Assembly (NCBI RefSeq): GCF_030684315.1
Contig: NC_081362.1
Span: 37,943,958 to 38,007,957 of the forward strand
Length of the DNA: 64,000 nt
Direction: 5' to 3'
Origin: Stegostoma tigrinum
Taxonomy: Eukaryota
Shown: piece by piece, positions 37,551 to 51,099 of the stretch
Layout of the letters: each line of letters starts with the position of its first letter
How positions within the stretch are numbered: the stretch's first letter is position 1
Position numbers and translations under genes: made by a program
Notes under the pieces: model-generated
The model's database searches: none
Told to the model about the DNA's origin: nothing
Seen by the model: the letters and a program-made list of their open reading frames with translations, nothing else

Positions 37551-39024
37551 TAGAGATTCGTATTCATTCACCGTTCTGGTTACGTACAAAGAACTCAAAT
37601 TAAACAACCTCAGTTTCCCAAAATCATCGCTGACTCTTCATGATTTAATGCGGATTTTCTAACTGTGCTGTTACAACTTCACTAATAATTTTTTAAGCAG
37701 TTTCCTTGTCATAGATGCTAAACCAACTGGCCTATAATTTCCTGCTTTTTATATCTATTCTCCATTGAATAAAGGTCTTAGATTTATTATATTACACCTA
37801 CTGGAATCCTTCCACAATATAATAACTTTTTCAAGTTTGTAGCCCCTAATGCTTCTACCTCTGAAGTCACTTGTCTTAAGGCCCTGGGAATATGGCCAGA
37901 CTTACCAGTCTTTATGTTAAATAGCTTTCTCTGTACCTTTTCCCAGGTAATAGTGATTTTTTTTTGCCCTCAAGTTCCTCAATCCCTTTCACTTTTCGAT
38001 TTTCAAGCATTTGTAAGTTCTTTTTTTAAAATCTTCTAATGTAAAGACATATAAGATAACAGTTGCCAATTCCTTCTATTTCATTGCCAGTTCCCAAAAT
38101 AAGACCAACAAACTCTTAAAATTATTTTTTTATTTGAATACTTACAGGAAGACACATTTGTAGCCAACATTCTCTTATGCACTAATTTCTCTTTCTTCTA
38201 GTCTTTCCTTAAGTGGGCGGAGGGGGAAACTTGTTAAAATCTATTCACTCTTCACATATTTGGGCTTTTCTTCCGCCTCCCCCAATTGATATTATCCTTA
38301 GCGTCCTTATTCAGTCACAGGTGACGTGACCTTCTGAGACAAATTTCTTTCACACTGGGATAAATTATTGCTGTGAGTTAGCACATATTTTATTCAAAGC
38401 TTTCTACTGCACCTCTAAAGATATAACCTTATTTTTCCCTTCATTTTATATAGCTGCTTTCATGTCCAAATTATTACTTTTCATAGCCATCACTGCTACT
38501 CTGATTTTTCAATAATGAGAAAGTTGCGTTCTTGGGCTATTTTGCAACAGTATCTCATTCAAAACTTAAACTCATACTATTCCTCATCAACGAGGCAAAA
38601 TTCAGACTCCAAAGTAAAAAAGCACTAAACTTGACAACTTCAAAGTATTTAGTTATAAGAATGGGAACAGCTTTGTAAAAGTAAAAATTGTGGGTTGTCA
38701 CTACATCACCTACAGGTGTCAGCAGTTTAAAGTGCATTACGAAAATTTGAAATTTGACCACATAACTGTGCGTAAGACAACATCCAATTTGTTTTTTACA
38801 TTTATTAGTCCCTACCATTCAGTTCAAAGCCTGTGAGCCACATGTAAAGTTAAATCATGATTCCTATTTATTTGCACATTTCACAACCAGGAATACTCAT
38901 GGATGAATCCTCTAAGTCATGGGTCAAGAATGGCCCCTTCCAAACAGAACCATAGTTTTTCCCCAAACCACAAGGTCACCAGAATAATAAATAGGGCAAA
39001 ACAGCAAGCAAAAGTTAAAGCCTG

Positions 39025-39140
39025 GAGGTATCTTGTGGTGCAGTAGTAGCATCTTACCTCTGAGCCAAGAGGCTTGGGTTCAAGACCCACCTGCTCCAGA
39101 GGTGTGTAATAACATTTCTCAACAGGTTATTTAGAAAATA
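39025..39140 (+). mobile_element. tRNA-derived SINE head (non-HE1)
   Basis: A box tggtgcagtagt and B box ggttcaagacc, but no tRNA cloverleaf acceptor stem. Confidence 0.55.
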
Positions 39141-39503
39141 TCAAAGTAAAACTATTTCACAGACTTTACAACCCCGATTCATTGAACTCAGAATTCATAG
39201 ATATCACCAAAATAATGCTGAACATCACCGTTCTGAAGAAACAAGTCTTGATAGGACAAATTTACGACAGTTGGAAGTAAAGTATGGTGGGAATGTAATC
39301 AATAGTGGTGACTTTGCAAAGTCAGAAAATCAGCAAAATTAAAAACATAACTGCACATTTATGACAGTTAATGCACGACTACAGTTAACTACTAACTAAG
39401 CAGAAGGTGTGAACATATTATGCTGCAATATATAATTCAGAAACATTTCATTCAAAGATTGCTGTAAAACAGGTGCAGCAGACAAATCCATTTTAAAATT
39501 TAC

Positions 39504-39587
39504 CTTAATAGACTTGATAGCCGCTTTTGTCACCTGGTTCATTTTAGCCCTGGAAATGGGTGGTTTATACTCATTCAATGAGTACAA
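39504..39587 (-). CDS. SCAF8: SCAF8 coding exon (probably exon 2), N-terminal CID domain: LYSLNEYKPPISRAKMNQVTKAAIKSIK
   Basis: 84-nt phase-0 exon between a polypyrimidine acceptor (ttttctgttttag) and an AAG|gtaaat donor. The peptide closely matches the vertebrate SCAF8 N-terminus as I recall it (LYSLNDYKPPISKAKMTQITKAAIKAIK) and fits SCAF8 better than SCAF4. Confidence 0.93.
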
Positions 39588-40261
39588 CTAAAACAGAAAA
39601 AGAGAAGGTTTGAGAATCAGGAAACAAAAAAAAATCCTTCATCATAAAATTTAAGTGGCTCATTATCCTTGGTGTTTGTGCACATGTGTTTATGTCAGTA
39701 CAGCATGGCTGCCTGGCTGTCAATTAAATTACAACCAGTGAATCAATCATAACTTCTCTTCCTACTCCTGCACCATTACCTTCGTTATCCTTGGCCAACT
39801 CCTATTTTGCAAATATACACCAATCCTCAGAGAGATAATCCAAATGCCTAGCATTATATTTCATACGTACGTTGACAACACATAATTCTACCTCATCAAT
39901 ACCTAGTTTAATACCTTCACTGTTTTCAAATTATCAGACTTTTTCCTTGATAATCTAATTAGCGATGAAGAGGAATTTCCTCCAAATAAATACCAAGACA
40001 ACCAAAGTCATCATTTTCAATTCCAAAGATAACAGATTTCATCTCTCTTCCTGGCAAATCTGCAATTAAGTCAATCCACTTGCAGTCTTGGCATCACATC
40101 TGAACCCAAGATTAGATTCCAAACCCATACTCAAGCCTTCACTTAGGCTGCCTATTTCCACTTATGAAGCATCACTGTTCATCCTGCTAAAATCTCAATC
40201 ATTCTTCCGTTATCCTTAGACTGGACCAGACCACTGCACTCTTTGCTAACATTTTCCATTT

Positions 40262-40858
40262 TAAAGTTTTGGAGTAGATCTGTAGCTCGGGTTGTGGGTG
40301 TTGAGGTTTGTTGGCTCGCCGAGCTGGTTTGTTGTTCCGCAGACGTTTCGTTACCATGCTTGGTAATGACCTCAGTGCAGCCTCTGATGAAGCCTCGGTG
40401 TGTTTTCCCGCCTGGTTTTTAAACTCTGGGGTCCATTACAATGGATTGCCTCACTTCCTGGTTTCCTCCGTAGTGGAATGTATATGGGACTGAGTTCAAT
40501 GTGTTTATTACTAGCATGCTTCATGGAGTGCCATGCTTCCAGGAATTCCCATGCTTGTCTCCGCGTAGCCTGTCCCAGGATCTTGGTGTTGTCCCAGGCG
40601 AAGTTGTGGTTCTCCTTGTCCATGTGGATTGAGATGAAGCATACTATTAATAAACATATTGAACTCGGCCCCATGTATATTCCACCACGGAGGAAACCCG
40701 GAAGTGAGGTAATCCATCGCAACGGACACCAGAATTTAAAAACCAGGTGGGAAAATACACCGACGCTTCATCAATGGCGGCACTGAGGACGTTACCAAGC
40801 ACGGTAACGAAACGTCTGCAAAACAACAAACCAGCTCGGCGAGCAAACCAACATCAAC
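40262..40858. mobile_element. Palindromic PLE insert of about 600 bp (family C, Poseidon-like)
   Basis: Arms of about 220 bp flank a loop encoding HNFAWDNTKILGQA...EFLEAWHS...NKHIEL (GIY-YIG C-terminus); both arms carry hammerhead cores. Confidence 0.9.
40780..40819 (+). ncRNA. Minimal type I hammerhead ribozyme motif (family C), best-formed copy in the window
   Basis: GCA-CUGAGGA-C-GUUACC AAGCAC GGUAAC-GAAA-CG-UC^UGC: 3-bp stem I, perfect 6-bp stem II, GUC site at 40814-40816. Confidence 0.8.
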
Positions 40859-42227
40859 ATCTTCTATTTGCTTTCCATAAAACTGAAATTTTCCAAAACT
40901 CCACTGCCCATGCCTTAACTTGCAGCAAGTTCTAGTACCCTATTATACATTTATATTGGCTCCTGTTCATGCAAAACATTGATTTTAAAGCTAAAACAGA
41001 AATTGCTGGAAAATTGCTTGTAATCTTGTCTGGCCCTACTGCATTCCAAGGTATGTATGCCCCTGTAATTCTGGCCTCTTGAGTACTCTCAATTTTTGTG
41101 GCTTCACCACTGGTGGCCATGGTTTCAGTTTTTGATCATTTGATTCAACATCTCGTCTCATATTTAGTTTAATAATGCTCTTTAGAAGCACCTTGGGAAG
41201 CTGCATTACATTAAAAGAGACTTCACAGAATTGCTGGATAAGAAATAATAAGAATAAATCAATTAAGTAATTTGCAATGAATGAGGATTATTATTTTGTA
41301 TGTCAGTGCCCCATAATAGATTCCAGGTTGTTAGGGTCAGCAGGTTGGAGGAGTGGGGAGGTGGGTGTAAGGGATCAAGGGAAGTGTAGTTTTGGATGGT
41401 ATGTGGTAGTTTGGGCACCAGTTTAACAGTTACACTAGGTTTAAGATAACTACTAGGCAACTACTAATTTTGAGAAGTGGAACCATACAAATTCTCTGCT
41501 TTTAATGAATTTGAGAGATTCAGATGCAGGGAAATTATCCACTGGAATCTTAATTTCCCAGGCAATTGACATGGAGTCCATACTTGGAATTCCAAAGTAT
41601 AATAACTCCAGTCTGTGCTGTTCCAATGATTACCTGAGTAACTGAGTACATGGGCCAAAATCTCTTCCAAATGATTAATTGTCATGAAAATGAAGACTAA
41701 CAATCAACTTTTATAACTAAAATGAACACCTTAGGAGTCTTTCATAGCTTGTTTATTTTTCTAAAACTATTCACAGCATTACAGAGGTGTTAGAATGTTG
41801 TGTCTCCAACTTGTAGGTACAGCACGCTTCATTGAATGGTGAGATAGCTTCATGCACAGATTATTGTGCATATACTGATCCAGATATTGTGGGACATTGC
41901 TTGATGTCACTGATTTTGCGTCATTGGCTGGTGATGTTGATTATGTTGTTTTGTTCAGTGGTGTTGCTGCTGTCAACAATCTCTTCCAGCTCAGGTGTAG
42001 GTCGCATCTGGGCTCTGTTCCTTCTCATTTGCTTACCAGTTTCAGTCTCAATGGTGCACCATTTTTAGTGGGTTCCCGATTTTCTTGACTAGCTCCTGCA
42101 AATGTATACAATGTCCTTTCGATAGCTTAGGCAAGCATTTAGCACGTCCGTTGATGTGCTGACCTGTATCTGAGAGACATGGTCTTACTTTCTGCTGGTC
42201 ACTTGGAGCAAGCAACTTGTTAGCAGA

Positions 42228-42440
42228 GATAGTAGGAACTGCAGAGGCTAGAGAATCTGAGATAACATGGTGTAGAGCCGGATGAACACAACAGGCCAAG
42301 CAGCATTAGAGGAGTAGGGAAGCTGACGTTTTGGGTCTAGACCCTTCTTCATTAAAAGGGTCAAGACCCAAAACATCAGCTTTCCTGTTCCTCTGATGCT
42401 GCTTGGCCTGCTGTGCTCATCCAGCTCTACATAGTGTTAC
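42228..42440. mobile_element. Palindromic PLE-derived insert (family A variant) with perfect 12-bp TSD
   Basis: cttgttagcaga at 42216-42227 and 42441-42452. Confidence 0.9.
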
Positions 42441-42949
42441 CTTGTTAGCAGAATTGTCTTATACATTCTACTGTTTATGCATCACAGGTGATTTCATATC
42501 AACCTTGACAGATTTGGATCAAATTGATGAGAAGGTGACGGTTGTGGTTCTCTTGTATAGTATCAGCAGGATGATACTCTATGGTAAGGTAAGGTAAGGT
42601 TTCAGTGCCCCCTCTCCTCTGGTCATGCAAACAAACTCTATTTCATTATGTATCAAGAGACAGTAAAACAAAAGAATATAAAAAGGTTCTTGAGTACATT
42701 TGTGGAACCAACCAAACACAGCAAAAGAATATAAACAATGAATCTGTTCATTAACCCATAGTTAGATTACAGTGCGCATTTCTGAATACCACCATTATAG
42801 GAAATCTATAAAAATAGAGAAGATCTAAATAGTCAGAACTTGAGTACGGTTGAAAAAAAATGACAATTTGTTCAAGTTTTTCATTTTGCATCATTCGGAC
42901 ATTTCACAAGAATACCATCTCAAGGGAAAACCAAAATTTGTACTGCTTG

Positions 42950-44340
42950 ACAGTCCTGATTGGCTGAGGTGTTGCCACAGAGCAAGCATTATACCTTGCT
43001 TACTGTTGATACACAGGTTTTGTTTAAATTTCAAAACAGTCTGCTTCACAGGTTGGTTAACGCATTGCCTTGGTAAAGACTATTTTGTGTAGTTGAAACA
43101 GGTGCAGTGTGTGTGTACATTATGTGTCTGCAAAGAACAAAACCCCATGCTTGAACATCTGTAGCTTATAGGACACAGAGGTGCACTACACTAAATAGCC
43201 CAACACAGCGTCATTCCACTTACACTTAGAATTGTAAAGCAGATGTTGTCAAATTGCAGAATCACAAAATTTTAGACATCACTGCAAATGTTGAAAGCAT
43301 GGGCAGATTGGGTACAGTCTAAACTTGGCTCGTTGCTAATACCCAAAAGGACACACTGTTTATTTCAATTTGCCGATCTTTGTCATGTAGAGACTACACA
43401 TTTGGCATCACAGCACCGATGGAATTCATTCATCCATTTCTCATTCGTATGATCTGCAGAATATTTTTTAGGCTTCACAGCACCATCCTGTTAGTGGCAA
43501 AGGCCACTCATGTCATGACTGCACCGTGGCACTGGGGAACAGCGAGCTTCAATTATTGCTCAAACTTTTATGATACCTTACCTGAAAAAAACTGGGCATT
43601 TCAGGACCAAGAGTGGCTGCCTTAGGCCCTAACATGAGTTTATGCAATATGCAGTGAGAAGTTATTTGACCATGACGGTCACTATCCCATAGGATGACTT
43701 TGACGCATCAGACTTGCATGGTAAACAAATGGTTTCAGCCCTATCTACGAGCTTGCACGTAAAGCCAACCTTACGAATCACGGAACTGCAGAAATCCAAA
43801 TAAGTATTACAACTAGTGAAGGTAGGCTTATGGTAGATAGTGCTGGGAAACCCTTGGTCAATTTCTCAACTAGGACACCAAGGGGCTCATTCACTTGTTT
43901 TATTTCAAATGTGATTTTAAGAGTAAATTCAGTCAATTAACGCATGAAATTCTTACATGCAGTTAAATACAGAAAATGTATCATCTGCATATTGAAAATA
44001 TGCAAAGAGTGGGAAGCTAGGTGTCATTCCAAAGATGTGATCCCAATAAAGATACTTGTGAAAGCTGAGTCTGGTGGGGATCCCATGGCAACACCATCTA
44101 ATTGGGCATAGAGTGCATTTGCCAAACATTCAGCAACAAACTCTCATGCAATATAAATGTCCGTTTTCCCCATGAATTGATATTTTTGTGAAATGTACCA
44201 AAGAATGCAAGACAATAAAAGCGCTTCAAAGAAATGTGTCTCTTTCCAGAAACACTGAAAAGATATGGCTCAAGTTCATCAATATGTCATGCGATTTGTT
44301 GCTATACTTACTTAAATCTTATTTCCAATTGGACCCTCAC
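42950..44340 (-). mobile_element. Ancient decayed Penelope-like element (RT plus GIY-YIG)
   Basis: Manual minus-strand translation gives LYAQLDGVAMGSP (about 44075-44113), YFQYADDTF (about 43974-44000), CDAKCV..QR (about 43370-43420), SAI*QHLL and VLCR. Confidence 0.75.
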
Positions 44341-46479
44341 TGAACAATTAAATGAGTGAATCGGTTAAGATAAATTCCGTTTTACAAACTTTAGTCACGC
44401 TCAGCAGCCAAAACGAAGAGAAAAGCTGCAACACTCAGTCATTGAAAGCAGCTATATTTCACCATCCAATTTACATTATTAAAATGTTTAATTTATTTTC
44501 TTTGATATTTTAACTACTGTTTAAACAAATACACATCATTATGACTGGCTTCATTCGCCAATCAACTTCACTTTCCTCAATCAGAGCAAAGTACAATATT
44601 TATAAAAGCAGCTGATGGATGAACATGGCCACATCAGAAATTTACTGCCCTAAGACTCCAATTTTTATTCCCAAGATGGGTGCACAGAATTGGGAAATTT
44701 TTCAAATAAACAAACTCTAACATATTAAATATCTCCATGCAGCCAGATTTTCCTTCCTATGGGGCAGGTACAAGCTGGAGATCCCCCAAAAACAGTTCAC
44801 AGACAACTACAGTAGCTCAGTGCCATGGCAAGTAGGTAAAATGAGCTGCCTTTGTATGAAAGCATGTTCATCCACTTCCCATGACCCCTCATGTCTACCA
44901 CATAAAGCTGCGTCCTTCAAACTACCCCGATGGTGCTTCGTGTCTTCCATGCCAACCTCTTCCCTTCTACCCACCAATATGGCCCTTTAAAGCCCCTATA
45001 TTAACTGTTCCAACTCACGTCAACATGTGACACATGGCCAACACACCACTCTTTGCTCTTATACCTTTCAAACCAACTCACCCAGTATCCACAATAGGCA
45101 AAACAAGAAGTTGACTTTATTTCATTTAGCATTCCAATTGTAATCTACTATTAGATTTCAATACATCAAAACACTAACTGATAAAAAAAGCATTCACTTA
45201 ATCCCTTAGAAAACAAATATTTACATTCATAACTTCGTATTAAAAGCAGCTAATCCCTTAAGGTCTCGGAGACGTCAGTGATCTGTGAAGTTACAATCAC
45301 TCACCTATGATAATGGTAAGACTGTGGAAATAGTCAAGCAATAGTCAATAAATAATAGCACTCAGGCTTATGCCAGCAAACAACCAAGGTTTAAAGTTTT
45401 CTTTTTCAATGCCCAGGCATGACCTGCCGGAGCTTCAAATAATTCCACAGATCCACAGACTTTGCCCACCTTTCACTCTCCTGTGTCTTAAGCGCTGATG
45501 TGAATAAGTCATACACTGTAAGAAGCAGACCTTACTCCAGTGAAAATGGAATGTGTGTAAATTCAACACAGCATTCAAATGCTCTGTTGTTTTTTGTGAA
45601 CACATGCATGCCCACACAATGAAAATGGGGTGTGTCAGAGATCAGAGCAGGGCATTCAGATCTAGGCCAATGTACTCAACTACCACAAGCCGTAGCTGAA
45701 ATAATAACTTTAAGATGTGTTTGAAGATAAGCTAGATAGGTACACATGGAAGGAAAGAACAGAAAGGTACACTGATGATGTTACATCACGATGAGCTGAG
45801 GGAGAATCCTATGACGTGTAAACACCCACGTGGACCTACAGAACTAAACACCTTATTCCTGTGCAGTAAATATATTGAAATACAATGTAATAATAAAGCA
45901 GACCTGCTGGAAACTTTATTTAATCTCTTTTTTACTTGAATTGCTCAATGCCTTAAATGTCTACATCACTATTTTGCTGACACAAATAGTTAACTACCAT
46001 TTGATGAGCAACAAGTAAATTTATGTGGGCACAACAAGCTGGTGACTATATTTGGAGAATACAAATTAAATAAGACATTGCAGTTTTGAAAAAATTCACA
46101 ACTACTACACAATTTACAGGTAACTATTCAATGGCCATCATGGGTTATTATTTCATTAAACTTTAAAACAATCATAATTTTGTCTTTTAACTGGAGTACT
46201 TGCATTTCAACTTAATAAAAACCATCTTATTTCATTTACTGACTGAACGCTTTAAAATAAAGTAGAACAAAAATCAATTCCAATTAGTTTGAAATTATAT
46301 ATCAATGATTTCATGAATCCTACTTGAAACTTCAAAGCATATAGTTCAGCAACTTGTTGCGTACTTGGAATATTGTAAATTAAGGGATATTACTATGCTG
46401 CTCTGCACCACAAAGTATACGACCCCAAAATTCCAATACCAATTCACTCTGCAGCATTATTGGATTTTCAAAAATTTGT

Positions 46480-47650
46480 ATATGGGGTACTGGTATCACT
46501 CATTCAGATCTTAGGGCTTCATGGATGGCATTTATTCCCCATATATGGGAAAATGGTGGAGTGAGCTCCGTTTTTGAATTGCTTCAGCTCTTAGGGTTGC
46601 TACTATGAAAGGCGTTTGACTCAAGGACAGTGATGGAGCAGCAATATAATAACAAGTCAGGATGTTGAGAGATGAGATGGGGAACTTATAGGTGGTGATT
46701 TTCCCCACGTTCTTCTGAAGAGGTCACAGATTTTAAAGGTGCTCTAAAAGGGTGCTTGTTGAATTATGCCAGTTCATCTTGTAAATGGTGAACAAGGTCA
46801 CGACAGACCGTTGGCAGTGAAGGAATGTTCAAGGTGGTAGATGGGGTGCCAATCACACAGGCTGCTTTTGTCCTGAATGGTGTCAAGCTTGAGTATTTTT
46901 GTAGTTGAACACAGCCAAACAAGTAGAGAATGTCAGAGGTTAGGAATTTCGTGCTAAGTAGCTTACCACAAAGATCCTCGGTGATTGTCCATCATATACA
47001 AGACACAAGTTAGAAGATGTAATTGTATGGGATGTAAAGGATTAACATGTTGACTGGTGCTTCAGTACCACCCAAAGTTCTAACTTTGGAGCGGCACAGT
47101 GCTCAGCAGTTACCACTGCTGCCTCACAGCGCCAGGGATCCGGGTTTGATTCCACCCTCGGGCGACTGTCTGTGTGGAGTCTGCACATTCTCCCAGTGTC
47201 TGAGTGGGTTTCGTCCAGATGCTCTGGTTTCCTCCCACAGTCCAAAGATGTGCAGATTAGGTGGATTGTCCATGTTAAATTGCCCAGAGTGTTCAAGGAT
47301 GTGTAGATTAGGTGGGTTATAGGGGGATGGGTCTGGGTAGGATGCTCCGAGGGTCGGTGTAGGGATTCTATGATACTATGTGCCTTGTATATAATGCACA
47401 AGCATTGGAGATTCAGGCGGCGTGCTACTTACAACACAATTCCAAGCCTTTGACTTACGCATGTTGCCACAGTATTTATATGGCTGATCCAGTTCAGTTT
47501 CTGGTCAATGGTAACCACCAGGATATTGGGACTGATGCTTTCAACAATGGTAATGATACTTAACATAAATAGACAATGGTCGAACACTCTCTTGCTTGAA
47601 ATGGTCATTGCCTGGCAGCTGCACGGTGCAAATGTTACTTGCTACTTGTT
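46480..47650 (-). mobile_element. Decayed L2/CR1-superfamily LINE interrupted by HE1
   Basis: tggctgatccagttcagtttctggtcaatggt matches 8275-8310. Confidence 0.6.
47090..47375 (+). mobile_element. HE1 SINE
   Basis: A and B boxes plus HE1 core ggcgactgtctgtgtggag. Confidence 0.9.
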
Positions 47651-48109
47651 AACTGTCCTAATTTTGGTCCAAGCCCTTTGATATTGATGATTTGGATTCT
47701 CTATGGTTGGGCAGCACTGTTTTTGACAATGTAATTTCCAATGCCTAGATCAATACTGGGTGGCCCATACAGTTTAATTCTTTTGTCACATAGTTCACAA
47801 CTGAACGACCTCCGGGCCAGATCAGAAACAGTTAAGAATCATCTATGTGTCTTTGGGTGTGGAGTCACACGTCAGTCAGACATGGAAAGGATGACAGATA
47901 TCTAAAAGAACTGGCTAAGGAATGTGTGAACAAGTTTTAAATCTCACAAGGGACGCAAAATCCTTTTTTTGATCACCTGCTTGCTCAACATGCATTTATG
48001 GGGCTTAATGAGAATACTCATGGTTCAGCATTCCCTGCACCGCTTCTATCTGAAGAATAATGTCATGACCGTTGGAGCAAATTAAGCAAACAATGAACCT
48101 AACTCCAAT

Positions 48110-48235
48110 AAAAACCAAATGAACTGTGGACGCTGTAAAGCAAAACAAAGTTGCTGGGAAAGCTCAGCAGGTCTGGCAGCATCTGTGAAGGAAAAAACAG
48201 CGTTAACATTTTGGGTCCAGTGACCCTTCTTCAAA
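48110..48235 (-). mobile_element. PLE-end fragment (family B), single arm, degenerate hammerhead
   Basis: Matches 13066-13140 in reverse; gttaacattttgggtccagtgacccttcttca core remnant. Confidence 0.7.
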
Positions 48236-48469
48236 TCTAACTCCAACATGAGTTCTCACCTCAGCAATGTTAAGTTTCACCATGGCAAAGATAAAGAAGG
48301 AAAAATAAACATCAGAAATCTGGGCAAGTAGAAGAGAATCTGTGCTTAATTTTTCCTACATGTTATTTGTCTTCTATTTCTTTTGATTGTTAAACATCTT
48401 CCAGTCTTCAAATGCAAGACAAGCAAATGCATTTTGCTGTAGAATAACTCAGCAAGTACTTCATATTAG

Positions 48470-51070
48470 TTTTCACAGTGGAAGACACCAGCAGCATACC
48501 AGAACTTCAAGACAGTCAAGGCACAGAGGTGAGTGTAGTGGCCATCAACAAGGAGAAGGTGCCAGGGAAGCAAAAAGGTCTGAATATGGATAAATTACCT
48601 GGAACGGATGGAGTACACCCCACTGTTCTGAAGGAGATTATGGAGGCTTTGGTGGAGATCTTTCAGGAATCACTGGAGTCAGGAAGAGTAAAAGAAAACT
48701 GTAAAATGAGTAACAAAACTCCCCTATTAAAGAAGGAAAGCAGAAGACAGGAAATTTATAGACCAGTTAGCCTGCCCTCCACCATTACTAAGATTGTAGA
48801 ATCCATTATTAAGCCTGAGATTGTGGAGTGCTTGGTAGGGCACAGTATAACGGCTGAGTCATCTCAGCTCCATCAAGGGGAAATCATGCCTGACAAATCT
48901 GTTACAATCCTTTGAGGAGGTAACGAGCAAGTCAAACAAACGAAAGCCAGTGGATGTGATCTATTTGGATTTTGAGAAGGCCTTTAACAAGTTGCCACAA
49001 AGGAGACTGCTAAATAAACTGTCCTAACAGCTTATTAGGAGTTAGCTCCTGTTAGGAGCAAGGTGCAGGCATGGATAGAGGTTTAGCTGACTGGCAGAAG
49101 GCAGAGAAAAGGGATAAAGTGTTACTTTTCAGGATGGCAGTAAGTGACAAATGGAGTTCCAAACAGGTCAGTGTTGGGACCACAACTATTCACGTTATAC
49201 ATTAATGGTCTGGACAAAGAAAGAGGGGATTGTTACAAAGTTTACAAATGACACAAAGATATGCAGAAGTACAGGTAGTGTTGAGGGAGCCAGGAGGCTC
49301 CAGAAGGACTTCAACAGGCTACAAGAGTGGGCAAAGATGAGGCTGACGGAATACAATGTGGGAAAGTGTGAGGTTATGTACTTTGATAAGAAGAGGAGGA
49401 AGAACCGGGGCTGGACTTCAGAAATCTGAAGCACAAAGGGACTTGGGAATCCTCACGCAACACTCGCTTAAGCTTAACATGTAGGTTCAGCAATCAGGAA
49501 GGCAAATGCAGTGTTAGCATTCCTTTCAAGAGAACTAAAAGCAAAGATGCACTGCTGAAGCTGTAAAAGGCTCTGGTCAGACTGTATTTGGAACAGTGCA
49601 AACAGTTTTGGGCCCTGTATTTAAGGATGGACACAATGGCCTTGGGAGGGGTCCAGAGAAAATTTACAAGAATGATTCCAGGGATGAAGAGTATGTCATG
49701 TGAGGAGAGTTTGAGGGCTTAGAATCTGATTACAGAAAGTAAGCATGGCTTTGTGCACGGGAAATTATGTCTCACCAACTTGATTTGAGTCTTTTTTTTG
49801 AAAAGACTACCAAGAAACTTGATGAAGCCAGAGCAGTAGACCTTGTCTATATGGACTTCAGCAGACTGTTCCACAAGGTTCCACATGGTAGACCGATTAG
49901 TAAGGTTAGGTAACATGGGACCCTGGGGGATTAGCCGAATGGATACAAAGTTGGCTTGAAGGTAGGAGACAGAGGGTGGTGGTGGAGGGTTGTTTCTTGG
50001 ACTGGAGGCCGATGACCAGTACGTGCCCCAAGGATCAGTGATGAATTCACTGCCGTTTGACATTTATACAAGTTATTTGGAAGCAAATGTAGGAGGTATG
50101 GTTAATAAAACGGCAGATGATGCCAAAATTAGTGGAGTAATGGATAGTGAAGATTATCTCAGATTACAACAGGGCCATGATCAGTGGGGCAAATGGGCTG
50201 AGTGACAAATGGAATTTAATTTAGATACAGTGAGGTGTTGTATTTCAGTGAGACAAACCAGAACAGGATTTATATAATGACAGGGCCCTGGGGAGTGTTG
50301 CTAAACAGAGACTTAGGGGTAGTAAGAACTGCTGATGCTGGAGTGTGAGATAACAAGGTGTGGAGGTAGATGAACACAGCAAGCCTGGCAGCATCAGAGG
50401 AGCAGGAAAGCTTACGTATTAGGTCTGGAGACCTACAGGTGCCTTGAAAGTGGAGTCACAGGTAAACAAGGGTGGTGATTAAGGTTGGTACCCCTGCCTT
50501 CATTGGTCAGAACGCTGATAATAGGAGTTGGGATGTCATGTGCAGTTGTACAGGCCAGTGGTGAGGCCACTTTTGGAATACAGCATACAATCTGGTCATT
50601 CTTCTATAGGAGAGATGTGGTTATGCTTGAGAAGGTGCAAACAACATTTACAAGGATGTTGTTGGGATTGGAGGGTTTCAGCTATAGGAAGAGACTGACT
50701 ATGGTGGGGCATTTCTGTCCTTGGAGCTTTACAGACTGAGTGGTGACCTTAAAGGTTTATAAAATCATAACAGACATGGATAGAGTGAATAGCCAACGTC
50801 CTTTTCCGAGGGTCTTGAGGGCACAGATTTAAGGTAAGACGGATAAGATTTAAAAGGGACCTGAGGGGCAATCTTTTCATGCAGAGGATGGTGCGTGTGT
50901 GGAACAAGCTGCCAGAGGAAGTGATGGAGGCTAGTACAATTACAACATTTAAAAACCATCTGGGTGGATATGGGCCAAATACAGGCAATGGGGGCAAAGT
51001 CAGATTTGGGTGTCTGGTTGGTGCAAATGAGTTGGACCGAAGGGTCTGTTTCTGTGCTGTATGACTGTAT
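48470..51070 (+). mobile_element. Two tandem 5'-truncated CR1/HER1 LINEs (about 48470-49720 and 49720-51070)
   Basis: PGTDGVHP.VLKE, YRPVSL.S, VPQGSV, KTADDAK and WNKLPEEV motifs. Confidence 0.88.
50321..50428 (-). mobile_element. Single-arm family A PLE end inserted in CR1
   Basis: gtaagaactgctgatgctggag...gatgaacacagc matches the family A tail. Confidence 0.75.
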
Positions 51071-51099
51071 GGATCAGGAGTGATCTGAGTGAAACAAAA

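Noticed and set aside
39396-39503. Extension of the ORF-track ORF beyond the SCAF8 exon
   Set aside because: Similarity to SCAF8 stops exactly at the AAG|gt donor; the remainder is intron read-through.
42583-42600. (ggtaa)n run resembling multiple splice donors
   Set aside because: A short microsatellite on the non-transcribed strand.
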